A stretch of 49,692 bases of DNA from an uncultured Elusimicrobia bacterium (GTDB taxonomy: Bacteria > Elusimicrobiota > Elusimicrobia > UBA1565 > UBA9628), in assembly GCA_964653765.1 (NCBI GenBank), contig CAZZGQ010000003.1, positions 5,743 to 55,434 on the forward strand, given 5' to 3'. A program made the position numbers and the translations under genes. The notes beneath the pieces are model-generated. The model searched no databases, had not been told where the DNA came from, and saw only the letters and a program-made list of their open reading frames with translations. Shown here piece after piece: positions 1 to 8,910 of the stretch (position 1 is its first letter; each line of letters opens with the position of its first letter).

Positions 1-194
1 GGATGGTCATCGTCCACAACGACTACGAGTTCTACCTGGACGAGGTGGACCCGCCGTTCTCCAAGATGCCGCGCGCCGACCGCATGTCCGCGGCCACGAT
101 CCACACCTCGAACAAGCCTTGGCGCGGCTCCGCGTCGGGCGTCACCCATCGCGACGTCGTCGCGATCCCCAAGAACGTCCCCGTCGACGAGTGA
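1..194 (+). CDS. 3' end of a hypothetical protein (partial, runs in from the left edge)
   Basis: Open frame with GC3-rich codons ending at TGA 192-194; no recognisable motif. Confidence 0.6.
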   Translation, partial: MVIVHNDYEFYLDEVDPPFSKMPRADRMSAATIHTSNKPWRGSASGVTHRDVVAIPKNVPVDE

Positions 195-198
195 TGAC

Positions 199-464
199 GG
201 CCGCCGGCCGATCCTAGGTCGCCGGGCACGCTCGCCTTGAGCTCGCTGCGGCGGTCGCTTCGCCGATCTGGCCAAGGGCTCGCTCCCACGCACCCGTCGA
301 CCTAGGATCGGCCGGCGGCCTTTGCGCGAGAGAGCGGACTGAGGCCGGCGGCCAAGCGTAGGTCGGCGGGTGCGTCGCGAGGCGACCTTTGGCCGATCGG
401 GAGCCGAGCGTGCGCAGCGAGCTCAAGGCGAGCGTGCCCGGCGACCTATGATCCGCCGCCGGCC
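199..464. repeat. Pair of ~122-bp palindromic elements in inverted orientation (REP/REPIN/MITE-like)
   Basis: Copy 1 (199-320) has perfect 23-bp terminal inverted repeats (ggccgccggccgatcctaggtcg / cgacctaggatcggccggcggcc). Copy 2 (343-464) is a diverged reverse complement; 210-250 matches revcomp of 413-453 with one mismatch. Lies between convergent genes. Confidence 0.8.
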
Positions 465-470
465 GTTAGG

Positions 471-1538
471 CTACTCGAAGCGCGGGGCGCTGAGGATGGC
501 GATGGGGTGGAAGTCGCGCGGCGAGCCCGCCACTGAAGGCGGCTGCGGCCGGGCGATCTGCTGGCGCAGCCAGGCCCGCCGCGCGTAGAGCTCGTCTCCG
601 GGGCAGTCCGTGGAGTGGTAGTCGCGGTGGCCCTTGATGTTGGGATCGATGTGGTAGCGGGCGACGAGGTAGCGGCCGATCTCGACGAGGGCGTCGAGCT
701 GCGCCTGGGTCACCGGGTCGTTCTTCGGCGCGTGATAAGTGCCGAGGAAGCAGACGCCGACGTTGTCCAGGTTCCACTCGTGATTGCCGGCGTGAGCCCC
801 CACGACGAGCTCCGGACGGCCTTCGATGATGTTGCCCGCGGCGTCGATCAGGTAGTGATAGGCGATGTCGCTCCAGCCGCGGCCGTGCATGTGGAAGTCT
901 TGGATGACCTTGACCTCCTGAAGCGAGTCGGCGAGCGCCGTCGTGTAGCGGCCGTCGCTGTGGTGGTAGGTCATGCGATCGGGGCGCTGGGGCTCGTAGT
1001 CGTCCTTGGGCGCCGCCGCGTGCCACTCGGCGCGCGGGTGCACGCCGGGAAGGCCGGCGGCGGGATGCGCCCCCTGGGCGGCAGTCCCCGTCTGCTCCTT
1101 GTCGTCGGAGGCGAAGGTCTCGACGGCGTAGATCTTGATCGAGCGCGAGCGTCCCGTGGCGGCGGTGGCGCGCAGGCGCAGGCTGCCCTTGCCCATCGGC
1201 ACCGTGGCCTTGCCCCAAAAGCGGCCGTCCGGATAGCGCTTGACGTAAGCGGGCGCCCAGAGCGTCCAGGAGCCGTCCGGGAGCTGGCGCGAGACCTCGA
1301 AGGAAGCCTCGCCGCTCATCTCGCCGTGAAAGAGGACCGTGTCGCTGTCCTCGGCCTGCGGGGCGCTGGGGCCGCTCTCGTAGACGATCCGCCCGGAGAG
1401 GCTGGGCGCGGCGTCGATCGAGAACTGGTCCGCGCCGTTGAACGTGGCGCTTTCGCCCACGTCGCCGGCCTCGGCGGGCCAAGCGGCGAAGACGGCGGCG
1501 GCGAGCAGCAGCGCGGATCCCAGGGCTCTAGCGCTCAC
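471..1538 (-). CDS. Secreted N-acetylmuramoyl-L-alanine amidase (Amidase_2/PGRP-like)
   Basis: Signal peptide; motifs YHHS, IQDFHM..RGWSDIAYHYLID, EGRP..VGAHA, KGHRD..TDCPG (Zn ligands H/H/C). Confidence 0.9.
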   Translation of the reverse strand: MSARALGSALLLAAAVFAAWPAEAGDVGESATFNGADQFSIDAAPSLSGRIVYESGPSAPQAEDSDTVLFHGEMSGEASFEVSRQLPDGSWTLWAPAYVKRYPDGRFWGKATVPMGKGSLRLRATAATGRSRSIKIYAVETFASDDKEQTGTAAQGAHPAAGLPGVHPRAEWHAAAPKDDYEPQRPDRMTYHHSDGRYTTALADSLQEVKVIQDFHMHGRGWSDIAYHYLIDAAGNIIEGRPELVVGAHAGNHEWNLDNVGVCFLGTYHAPKNDPVTQAQLDALVEIGRYLVARYHIDPNIKGHRDYHSTDCPGDELYARRAWLRQQIARPQPPSVAGSPRDFHPIAILSAPRFE

Positions 1539-2859
1539 AGGCGGCCTCCACGTCCGCGATCTCCTTGGGCACGTCCGTCAGATCGAGCGGCGGCCCCTCG
1601 GGCTGGATGACGACGTCGTCCTCGATGCGCACGCCTCCGAAGTCCAGGAACGTCTCGGCCTTGTCGAAGTCGATGGAGGCCTTGTGCTTGCGGCGCAGCG
1701 CCGGGTCCTTGAGCAGGGCCTCGATGAAGTAGACGCCGGGCTCCATCGTGATCACGAAGCCCGGCTCGAGCTTGGCGACGAAGCGCACGGGCACCTTCGT
1801 GGGGTTGGGCATGACGCGCTTCTTGCCGCCCGTGACGTCGTGCACGTCCAGGCCCAGCATGTGCGTGAGGCCGTGCGGGTAGAAGAGCCGCACGGCGCCC
1901 CCCTCCACGAGCCCGTCGGTGTCGCCGCGCAGCAGGCCGAGAGACTTGAGGCCCTCGGCGATGACGCGCATGGACAGGACGTGGAGGTCGGCCGAGACCA
2001 CGCCGGGACGGGCGGCCTCGATGCAGCGCTTTTGGGCCTCGAGCACGATCGAATAGACGTCGCGCTGGCGCCGCGTGAAGCGGCCGCTCACCGGGAAGGT
2101 GCGCGTGATGTCGGCGGCGTAGCCCTTGAATTCTGCGCCGGCGTCGATGAGCAGCATGTCCCCGTCGCGCAGCTCGGCGTTGTTGGCGTGGTAATGCAGC
2201 ACGGCGCCGTTGGCGCCCGCGGCCACGATCGAGGGATAGGCGAGGTGCTTGAGGCCGGCGCGCAGGCAGGCGCTTTCGAAGACGGACTGGACCTCGTACT
2301 CGCGCATGCCGGCTCGGGCGGCCTTCATGACCGCCTTGTGGGCGAGGCCGCTGACGTCGCTGGCCCGCCGCATGAGGCCGAGCTCCCCCTCCGTCTTGCA
2401 GGCGCGCAATTCGTCCAACGCATCGCGCAACGCGGCTGACTTGTTCGGCAGCTTCAGGGCGTCCTTGGCCTTCTTGTACGCCGCGTCGTCCGAGTATGCT
2501 CGTTTATAGCCCGCGCGCGCTTTCTTCAGTTCCCCAGCCAGTTGGTCCAAGTACATCACGCGCGAGAAGCCGTAGAGGCCCTTGGCCTCGTCGGCGCTGG
2601 GCACGTGCCCCAGCCAGACGCGGTGGTTATTGTCGATGCGGGGCATGAAGAGGGTGTGGCGCTTGCGCTTGGGATCGATCAGAAGGGCGCAGCCGGGCTC
2701 CTCGACGCCCGTGAGGTAGAGGAAGTCGGACTTCTGCCGGAAGACGTAGTCGACGTCGTGGTTGCGGGGCACGTAGCTGCCCCCCGACAGGAGGGTGAGG
2801 CCGTCGGGCAGCCGGCGGCCCAAGTTCTCGCGCAGACTCTGATAGTGGTTCTCTCTCAT
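1528..2859 (-). CDS. pepP: Xaa-Pro aminopeptidase (M24B)
   Basis: FRQKSDFLYLTG N-domain; VLHY, LIDAGAE..GYAADITRTFP, HGLTHMLGLDVHD, TMEPGVYF, GGVRIEDDV metal-binding motifs. Confidence 0.93.
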   Translation of the reverse strand: MRENHYQSLRENLGRRLPDGLTLLSGGSYVPRNHDVDYVFRQKSDFLYLTGVEEPGCALLIDPKRKRHTLFMPRIDNNHRVWLGHVPSADEAKGLYGFSRVMYLDQLAGELKKARAGYKRAYSDDAAYKKAKDALKLPNKSAALRDALDELRACKTEGELGLMRRASDVSGLAHKAVMKAARAGMREYEVQSVFESACLRAGLKHLAYPSIVAAGANGAVLHYHANNAELRDGDMLLIDAGAEFKGYAADITRTFPVSGRFTRRQRDVYSIVLEAQKRCIEAARPGVVSADLHVLSMRVIAEGLKSLGLLRGDTDGLVEGGAVRLFYPHGLTHMLGLDVHDVTGGKKRVMPNPTKVPVRFVAKLEPGFVITMEPGVYFIEALLKDPALRRKHKASIDFDKAETFLDFGGVRIEDDVVIQPEGPPLDLTDVPKEIADVEAACER

Positions 2860-2861
2860 GC

Positions 2862-2884
2862 TTGCGCGAATTTAATAAAATTCG
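2862..2884. promoter_or_regulatory. AT-rich palindrome CGAATTT-N4-AAATTCG, candidate operator/promoter, copy 1
   Basis: Palindrome 2867-2884 between divergent pepP and GT9; 20 bp (2862-2881) are identical to 5488-5507. Confidence 0.5.
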
Positions 2885-2929
2885 ACCCGGTAAACAATGG
2901 TGTCAGGCTCGATTGTTGACTAACTCGCC

Positions 2930-3823
2930 ATGGCCGAGATCCTGATCGTCAAGCTGGGCGCCCTCGGAGACGTTGTCCGGACTACGCCGCTGCTGCGGCG
3001 CCTGAGCGGGCGCGTGACTTGGGTCGCCTCCCGGGCGGCTCTCCCCCTCATCGAGGGACATCCTCGCGTGGCCCGCGCCGTCCCGATCGAGGAGGCCGGC
3101 TTCCTGGCGAGCCGCTCCTTCGACCTGGTCGTCAACTTCGACGAGGATAAGAGGGCCTGCCGTCTCGCCGGGCGCGCGCGCGCCCGACGCACGGTGGGAG
3201 CGGTACTCAAGGCCGGGCGTCTCGATTACTGCCGCGCCTCCGCGCCCTGGTTCGACATGGGGCTGATCTCCAAGCTGGGCAAGAAGTCGGCCGATCTCCT
3301 GAAGGCGCGCGCCCGACGCAGCTACCAGGACTATCTCTTCTCCGCCTGCGGCCTCTCTTTCCGCGGCGAGGAATATTGGCTGCCGTTGAGGCCGCGGGTC
3401 GGCGCGCTCTCCCGCGTAGCCCTCGAGGATCGCGTGGGCGAGCGTTGGCCGGCCAAGGCTTGGCCGGGCTTCGACGCCCTCGAGGAACGGCTGCGCTCGC
3501 TGGGGTTCGAGACGACGCGGTTGCGCCAGCGGCGGAGAGTGGCGGACTATCTCGAGGACATCAACGGCTGCGGCCTGGTCGTGGCGGGAGATACGCTGGC
3601 CATGCACGCCGGCCTGGCGCTGCGCAAGCGCGTGGTGGCGATCTTCAACTGCACGAGCCCTCACGAGATCCACGACTACGGCCGCCTGCACAAGATCGTC
3701 AACGCGAGGTTGAGCGACTACTTCTTCACCCGGCGCGCTCTGCCGCGCTCGGCGGCGGTCCCGCTGGTGCCGGTCGAGCGCGCCATCAGCGTTGCCGCCC
3801 GCGAGCTGATCGTTCCTCTTTAG
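2930..3823 (+). CDS. Glycosyltransferase family 9 (heptosyltransferase-like)
   Basis: ILIVKLGALGDVVRTTPLL; W-x-x-K-x-W; GDTLAMHAGLAL..VVAIF motifs. Confidence 0.88.
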   Translation: MAEILIVKLGALGDVVRTTPLLRRLSGRVTWVASRAALPLIEGHPRVARAVPIEEAGFLASRSFDLVVNFDEDKRACRLAGRARARRTVGAVLKAGRLDYCRASAPWFDMGLISKLGKKSADLLKARARRSYQDYLFSACGLSFRGEEYWLPLRPRVGALSRVALEDRVGERWPAKAWPGFDALEERLRSLGFETTRLRQRRRVADYLEDINGCGLVVAGDTLAMHAGLALRKRVVAIFNCTSPHEIHDYGRLHKIVNARLSDYFFTRRALPRSAAVPLVPVERAISVAARELIVPL

Positions 3824-5270
3824 ACGGCGCGCCGGCGCCGTGACGCTCCTCGAATCCGGCGTAGGCCGAGCGCGCGCGCTGGTAGTCCGGCGCGGCCTCC
3901 ATGGCCGAGCGCAGGTTCGCCCGGGCTTGCGCCAGATCCCCCGCGTTCTCCTCGATGAGAGCCAAACCCAGGCGCGCCCGCGGCACGTCGGGGTCGGAAG
4001 CCAGCACCGACTGAAGGAATCTTTCGTCGCTCTCGTAGAGCGGGTTGCGGCGGGCGATCTCCGCGGCTCCCAACAGCAGCAGCAGCCCCAGCGCGGCCAC
4101 GGCCGCGGGCCGCGCCCACGACCGCCGCGCTCGCCAGGCCGCGTCGAACGCGGCCGCGGCCGCCAGGCAGAAGCCGGCGGAGGGCACGTAGAGGTAGCGG
4201 TCCGCCTCGGGGTTGTAGAGGGCGATCAATCCCGACACGGGCAGCAACGCCGTCGCCGCCCAGAGCAGGCCATAGCTCGCCAGAGGGCGCCGCCGCAGAG
4301 CCCAGGCCGCCGCGAGCAGGAGCGCCCACGTCGCCCAGCCGCCGAGCACGTCCGCGCGCCAGGGCGAGCGCGCCACGCGCGGCGCGTAGTCGCCCTGCAA
4401 TCCCGACGGCCACGCCAGCCGGCGCAGCTCGCGGCCCAGGACGGCCGACATCGTGAAGACGCGCGCGCGGGCGTCCGTGTAGATCGCCGCCCAGGGAGGG
4501 TCATCGAAGACCGTCGCCGCGGTGCGCGGCGCGGCGGAGAAAAGCGAGCGATCGCGGATGGAGCTGAAGAGGTCCTCGCTCGAGCGCATGACGTAGCCAG
4601 AGCGCGGCATGCGAAAGGCGAGGTAGGCGGCCACGAGGGCGACGCCGACGGCGATGCCGGCGCGGGCCGCCCGCCGCCGGCGTTCGCCATCGACCGGCGC
4701 CAGCCGATGGCCCAGAAGCGCCAAGGCGGGCAGCACGACAGCCATCTCCTTCGATAAGAGCGCCGCGGCGGCGAAGGCCAGCGTCGCAGCCGCGCTCGCC
4801 GCGGCCTCCCCCCCGCGCGCCCTCAACCACTGGCGATAGCAGAGCAAGCTCAGGATCATGAAGACGAGGCACATCATGTCGCAGCGGAACGTGAGGATGT
4901 TCACGGCTTCCACGTGCGCGGGATGGGCGGCGAAGAGCAGCCCCGCCGCCGCGCAGGCGGGCACCGAGGCCGACAGCTCCCAGGCCAGCGCCGCCACCGC
5001 CCCCGCCCCGGCGGCGTGCCAGAAAAGATTGGACAGGCGGTAGGCCGCGCGGTGGCCGCCGCCGGCGCACGTATCCACCAGAATGGAGAAGAGCCAGGCC
5101 GGACGCGCCGAGGCGGCGACGGGCAGCGGCTTGATCCAAGCGCCGGGAGCGAGCACCTTGACGATGTTGCGGCAGTCGCGCAGGAAGGGCTGGCCGAAGA
5201 CGAAGGAGTGGTCATCCCAGATCGGCTGGTGCCCCAACGTGCCCGCGTAGAGCGCGCCGGCCAGCGCCAT
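3786..5270 (-). CDS. GT-C fold, TMTC-like membrane glycosyltransferase with C-terminal TPR
   Basis: IWDD, LFAAHPAHVEAV..R.D, LLSKE, DRYLYVP motifs; multiple TM segments; TPR-like C-terminus. Start uncertain. Confidence 0.8.
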   Translation of the reverse strand: MALAGALYAGTLGHQPIWDDHSFVFGQPFLRDCRNIVKVLAPGAWIKPLPVAASARPAWLFSILVDTCAGGGHRAAYRLSNLFWHAAGAGAVAALAWELSASVPACAAAGLLFAAHPAHVEAVNILTFRCDMMCLVFMILSLLCYRQWLRARGGEAAASAAATLAFAAAALLSKEMAVVLPALALLGHRLAPVDGERRRRAARAGIAVGVALVAAYLAFRMPRSGYVMRSSEDLFSSIRDRSLFSAAPRTAATVFDDPPWAAIYTDARARVFTMSAVLGRELRRLAWPSGLQGDYAPRVARSPWRADVLGGWATWALLLAAAWALRRRPLASYGLLWAATALLPVSGLIALYNPEADRYLYVPSAGFCLAAAAAFDAAWRARRSWARPAAVAALGLLLLLGAAEIARRNPLYESDERFLQSVLASDPDVPRARLGLALIEENAGDLAQARANLRSAMEAAPDYQRARSAYAGFEERHGAGAPSKEERSARGRQR

Positions 5271-5298
5271 CGCCGCCGCCGCCCAGGCCAGCCGCTGC

Positions 5299-5475
5299 TT
5301 AGAGGAGCTCGTCGTAGAGGTCTCCGAGGCGCGCCGCCAGCGCCTGCCAGCGCCGGACCATCAAGGTGAAACTCGACGTGAAGCAGCTCGAAGGCCCGTT
5401 CCCGCGCCAGCTCGGACAAGCGCCTGGCCAGGTTCCCGCTGTAGAAGCGGCGCGCATCCGACGGCAGACGCGGTG
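5299..5475 (-). pseudogene. Internally deleted remnant of a GT4 paralog
   Basis: Encodes RLPSDARRFYSGNLARRLSELARERAFELLHVEFHL, then after a frame change WQALAARLGDLYDELL*. These match RLPADARRFYSAALALRLAQLAASRAFDLLHVEFDL and WPTLAGRLGDLYDELF* of 5929..7131. Confidence 0.8.
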
Positions 5476-5487
5476 TCGCTCATGCTG

Positions 5488-5509
5488 TTGCGCGAATTTA
5501 ATAAAATCG
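5488..5509. promoter_or_regulatory. Second copy of the CGAATTT-N4-AAAT(T)CG element
   Basis: ttgcgcgaatttaataaaat is identical to 2862-2881; both copies lie just upstream of a minus-strand ATG (2859, 5483). Confidence 0.5.
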
Positions 5510-5614
5510 ACGCAGCCTTGGCCAGCGCTATCTGAGCTTTGCCCCCACGAGATCCACAGCTACGGGCGCTGTCCGTTGCGGGGGCCGAAGGCGATCTGCT
5601 ATCGTGAGAGCCTG

Positions 5615-5902
5615 ATGGCCAAGACGCCCGCCGAAGGAGCGCAGAGGTTCAAGCACGCCCCGGATACAGCCTGGCGGCGCATCGACGACGAGGCTGTCGT
5701 CCTCGACCTGCGGACGAGCGTCTACTACTCCCTCAACGACACGGCGGCCCTCATCTGGGAGTGCATCGGCGAGGGCCTGACGACCGAGGCCATCGTCGAG
5801 CGCCTGGCCGAGGACTTCGATCCCCCCCGCGAGGCGGCGCGGCGCGACGTCCAAGAACTGCTGCGCGACCTGAGCAAGAACGAGCTGATCGTCCCGGCCT
5901 AA
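5615..5902 (+). CDS. Stand-alone PqqD-family RiPP recognition element (RRE), 95 aa
   Basis: AWRRIDDEAVVLD...YYSLNDTAALIWE...IVERLAEDFD...ARRDVQELLRDL..NELI. Start reassigned from 5366 to ATG 5615, which follows a TGnTATCGT -10-like box. Confidence 0.92.
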   Translation: MAKTPAEGAQRFKHAPDTAWRRIDDEAVVLDLRTSVYYSLNDTAALIWECIGEGLTTEAIVERLAEDFDPPREAARRDVQELLRDLSKNELIVPA

Positions 5903-5928
5903 GAGCCTATCCCAATAACTACAGGGCC

Positions 5929-7131
5929 CTAGAAGAGCTCATCGTACAAGTCTCCCAGCCGGCCGGCGAGGGTAGGCCAGTCGTAGCGTTCCCGGGCGAA
6001 AGCCCGTCCGCTTTCCCCAAGGCGCAGGCGCAGAGCGGCATCGTCCAGGAGCCGGACGACAGCGCGCGCGAAGGCGCGGTCGCTGTCGGCGACGAGCAGC
6101 TCGCGCTCGTCTTTCGCTCCGAGGCCTTCCGCGGCGCGCGAGCTGGCGACGACGGGAACGCCCATGGCGAACGCCTCGAGGATCTTCCCCTTGATCCCTT
6201 CGCCGAGGCGAATGGGCGCGACGAAGACGGCGGCTTGCGCGAGGAAAGGCTTGACGTCCGGGACCGTGCCGGTGACGACGACCGTCGGATCCTCGGCGGC
6301 AGCCCGTCGCAGCGGCTCCGTCGGGTCGGAGCCGACAGCGTAGAAGCGGGCGTCCGGACGCCGAGCGCGGACGCGCGGCAGGATCGAGCGGCAGAACCGG
6401 ACAGCCGCCTCCTCGTTGGGATAATGCGGATAGTGGCCGACGTAGACCAGGCGCGCCGGAGTCGGCGCGCCTTCGGGCCGAAAGTGCTCGAGATCGACGC
6501 CTGTCGGAACGGCCTGGGCGCGGACCCCGGGCGAGAGCTTGCGCAACAGCGCCGCGTCTTTCTCGGTGACCGTGACGACGCGGTCGTAGAAGGCGCTGAC
6601 GCGCCGCGTGAAGCGCCGTCGCCGCAGCCATTCCGGCGCATGGCGCAGGCGACTCCATCCGGACATCTCGCGCAAGTACGAGCGCCACAGCGAAGCTCCC
6701 CCCATGTCGTGCTGCGTGAGCACCTTGGGCATCCCGGAGATCGGCGCGCCATACGCGGCCATCAGGTCGAACTCGACGTGCAGCAGATCAAAGGCGCGCG
6801 AGGCGGCGAGTTGCGCCAATCGGAGCGCGAGCGCTGCCGAGTAAAAGCGGCGCGCGTCCGCGGGCAGCCGCAAGCCTGCGACGCTCTCCGGCCCTGGTTC
6901 CCGAGGCGGCTCGACCCAGTGGATCTGCTCGAAGACCGGCCGCAGGACAGCGCGCTCTCGCGCGAGGTCGCCGGCGACGGCAGCCGGACCGTCGAGCCTT
7001 GGCCGGAACGTCAGAAGCGAGAAACGGAATCGCCGGCCCAGCAGCCGACACAACGAGTAGGCGCGCTTGGATCCCCCGTCTAATGGATACGGGGCCCACG
7101 GCATGAGCATGAGGACACGGCGATCATTCAT
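5929..7131 (-). CDS. Glycosyltransferase family 4
   Basis: PYPLDGG, VPTGVD, FVAPIRLGEGIKGKILEAFAMGVPVV, ERYDW. Confidence 0.9.
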   Translation of the reverse strand: MNDRRVLMLMPWAPYPLDGGSKRAYSLCRLLGRRFRFSLLTFRPRLDGPAAVAGDLARERAVLRPVFEQIHWVEPPREPGPESVAGLRLPADARRFYSAALALRLAQLAASRAFDLLHVEFDLMAAYGAPISGMPKVLTQHDMGGASLWRSYLREMSGWSRLRHAPEWLRRRRFTRRVSAFYDRVVTVTEKDAALLRKLSPGVRAQAVPTGVDLEHFRPEGAPTPARLVYVGHYPHYPNEEAAVRFCRSILPRVRARRPDARFYAVGSDPTEPLRRAAAEDPTVVVTGTVPDVKPFLAQAAVFVAPIRLGEGIKGKILEAFAMGVPVVASSRAAEGLGAKDERELLVADSDRAFARAVVRLLDDAALRLRLGESGRAFARERYDWPTLAGRLGDLYDELF

Positions 7132-7162
7132 CGGAGGACCAAATAACTATAATAGCTCATCA

Positions 7163-8902
7163 ATGCTTGGCCATAGCGGAGCGTGGGCGCTGCTTCTGCT
7201 CGCGCTGCTGGGCCGCCCGGGTCCCGTCCGGGCGGCCGACGCTTCCCGCGAGACGGTGCCGGACTTCAGGCTGGTCGACGAGCGCGGCGTGCCGCACGAG
7301 CTTTACCGCTACGCCGACCGGAAAGCCGTCGTCATCATCGCTCAGGTCAACGGCTGCCCGATCATCGAAAAATACTCCCCGGATATCCGCGCTCTGGGCG
7401 CGCGTTTCGCCGCGAGCGGCGTCTCCCTGTTTCTGCTCAACCCTTCCGACGACAGCGAAGCCGCCGCGCGCTATGCGAGGCGGTTCGAGCCCGGCGCCCC
7501 GATCCTGCTCGATGACTCAGGAAGCGTGGCTTCTCTCCTGAGGTTCGAGCGCACGGCGGAGGCTGTCGTGATCGACCCGCGCGGCTGGCGCATCGTCTAT
7601 CGCGGCGCCATCGACGACAGCCTCTACTATGGCGGCCAAAAGGCGGCGACGCATGCCTACTTGGCCGACGCCCTGGAAGCTTTTCTCGCGAACAGGCCTG
7701 TGCCGGCGACACAAACGCGGGCGATGGGATGTCTGCTCAACCTAGGTCGGCCGCGGGCCGTTTCCTACGTCCGGGAAGCAGCGCCCGTGCTGAGCGCGCA
7801 TTGCTTGCGTTGCCACGCGCGCGAAGACGGGCCCGCCCCGATGCGCCGCTACGAGGACGTCGTCAAATGGGGCCCCATGATCCGAGAGACGCTGTTGACG
7901 ATGAGCATGCCGCTCGCCGCCCCAGGCTGGAGATCCGGGCCCTTTCTGACCTCGGCCGGGCTCAGGCCGGAGGAGAGGCGCGCGCTCATCGGTTGGATCG
8001 AGGCGGGGACGCCGCGCGGCGAAGGCGCCGATCCGCTGCCGGCCGCGGTCGTCAGCGCGAACGATAGAGAGCGCAAAGGCGCAGCCCCGGATCTGGTTCT
8101 CTCGATGAAGCAGCCGGAGAGCCTCCGGGCCAGCGGCCTGGAGCCTTACCGCTACATCCTGCTCGCGGACGGTTTCCCCGACGACTTCGATGCCGCCGGC
8201 GTGGTCGTGCGACACGCCGACCCGAACTTGGTCCATCACGAGATCCTCTATGTCTTTCCTCCGGGCGTTGCCCTGCCGCGGCTCGGCGCGGCGGACTCCG
8301 ATCGCGTCGCTCGCGTGATGCCAGGGCAGGTCCCGAGCCTGACGCCGTGGGAGCCCTCTCCGTCGAGCGATCTCGTGCAGCGCATCCCGAAGGGCTCGCG
8401 GCTGGTCTTGGAAATTCATTACCGCACGCTGGGCCGGCCGGCCAGCGACCTAGCGCGCGTGGAGCTCTATCGCTACCGGGGCAAGCATCCGCATCGCCTG
8501 AGGACCTTGTTCGTGCAAAACACGCGGTTTCGGATCCCTCCCGGCGCCCCCGATTACGAAGTCCTCGCCCGCCGCAAGATCACGCGCCCCTGTCAAGCGC
8601 GAGGCTTCTTCATTCACATGCACGGGCGCGGCGACCACGCTACGATGAGCGCTCGCTACCCGGACGGGAGGGTCGAGACCCTCATATCGCTTCCCCGCTA
8701 CGATCCGATGCGCCCGATCATCTACGCGCTGAAGCAACCGAAGCCGCTTCCCGTCGGCACGGTGCTCGAGCTCGCGGGAGGCTTTGACAACTCGAGGGCC
8801 AACCCGGCCAACCCGGACCCGACCCGAGAGGCCGCCGTCGGCATGCGAGTCGACGACGAGATGCTTTTCTCGGCTTGCTACGTGACGGACGGGCTGCGCT
8901 AG
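7163..8902 (+). CDS. Secreted redoxin + c-type cytochrome + copper type II monooxygenase-like fusion protein
   Basis: Signal peptide; thioredoxin-like domain (PDFRLVD..GCP, YRGAIDD); CLRCH heme motif; HH, HMH and distal EM copper-ligand pattern. Start set at ATG 7163 after TATAAT 7148-7153. Confidence 0.78.
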   Translation: MLGHSGAWALLLLALLGRPGPVRAADASRETVPDFRLVDERGVPHELYRYADRKAVVIIAQVNGCPIIEKYSPDIRALGARFAASGVSLFLLNPSDDSEAAARYARRFEPGAPILLDDSGSVASLLRFERTAEAVVIDPRGWRIVYRGAIDDSLYYGGQKAATHAYLADALEAFLANRPVPATQTRAMGCLLNLGRPRAVSYVREAAPVLSAHCLRCHAREDGPAPMRRYEDVVKWGPMIRETLLTMSMPLAAPGWRSGPFLTSAGLRPEERRALIGWIEAGTPRGEGADPLPAAVVSANDRERKGAAPDLVLSMKQPESLRASGLEPYRYILLADGFPDDFDAAGVVVRHADPNLVHHEILYVFPPGVALPRLGAADSDRVARVMPGQVPSLTPWEPSPSSDLVQRIPKGSRLVLEIHYRTLGRPASDLARVELYRYRGKHPHRLRTLFVQNTRFRIPPGAPDYEVLARRKITRPCQARGFFIHMHGRGDHATMSARYPDGRVETLISLPRYDPMRPIIYALKQPKPLPVGTVLELAGGFDNSRANPANPDPTREAAVGMRVDDEMLFSACYVTDGLR

Positions 8903-8910
8903 CCCGCAAC

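Noticed and set aside
199-464. CRISPR array or tRNA
   Set aside because: Only two inverted units, no spacer periodicity, no cas genes and no cloverleaf.
5913-7149. AATAACTA direct repeat flanking the GT4 gene
   Set aside because: Only 8 bp, and one copy is part of a -10 region; insufficient for a target-site duplication.
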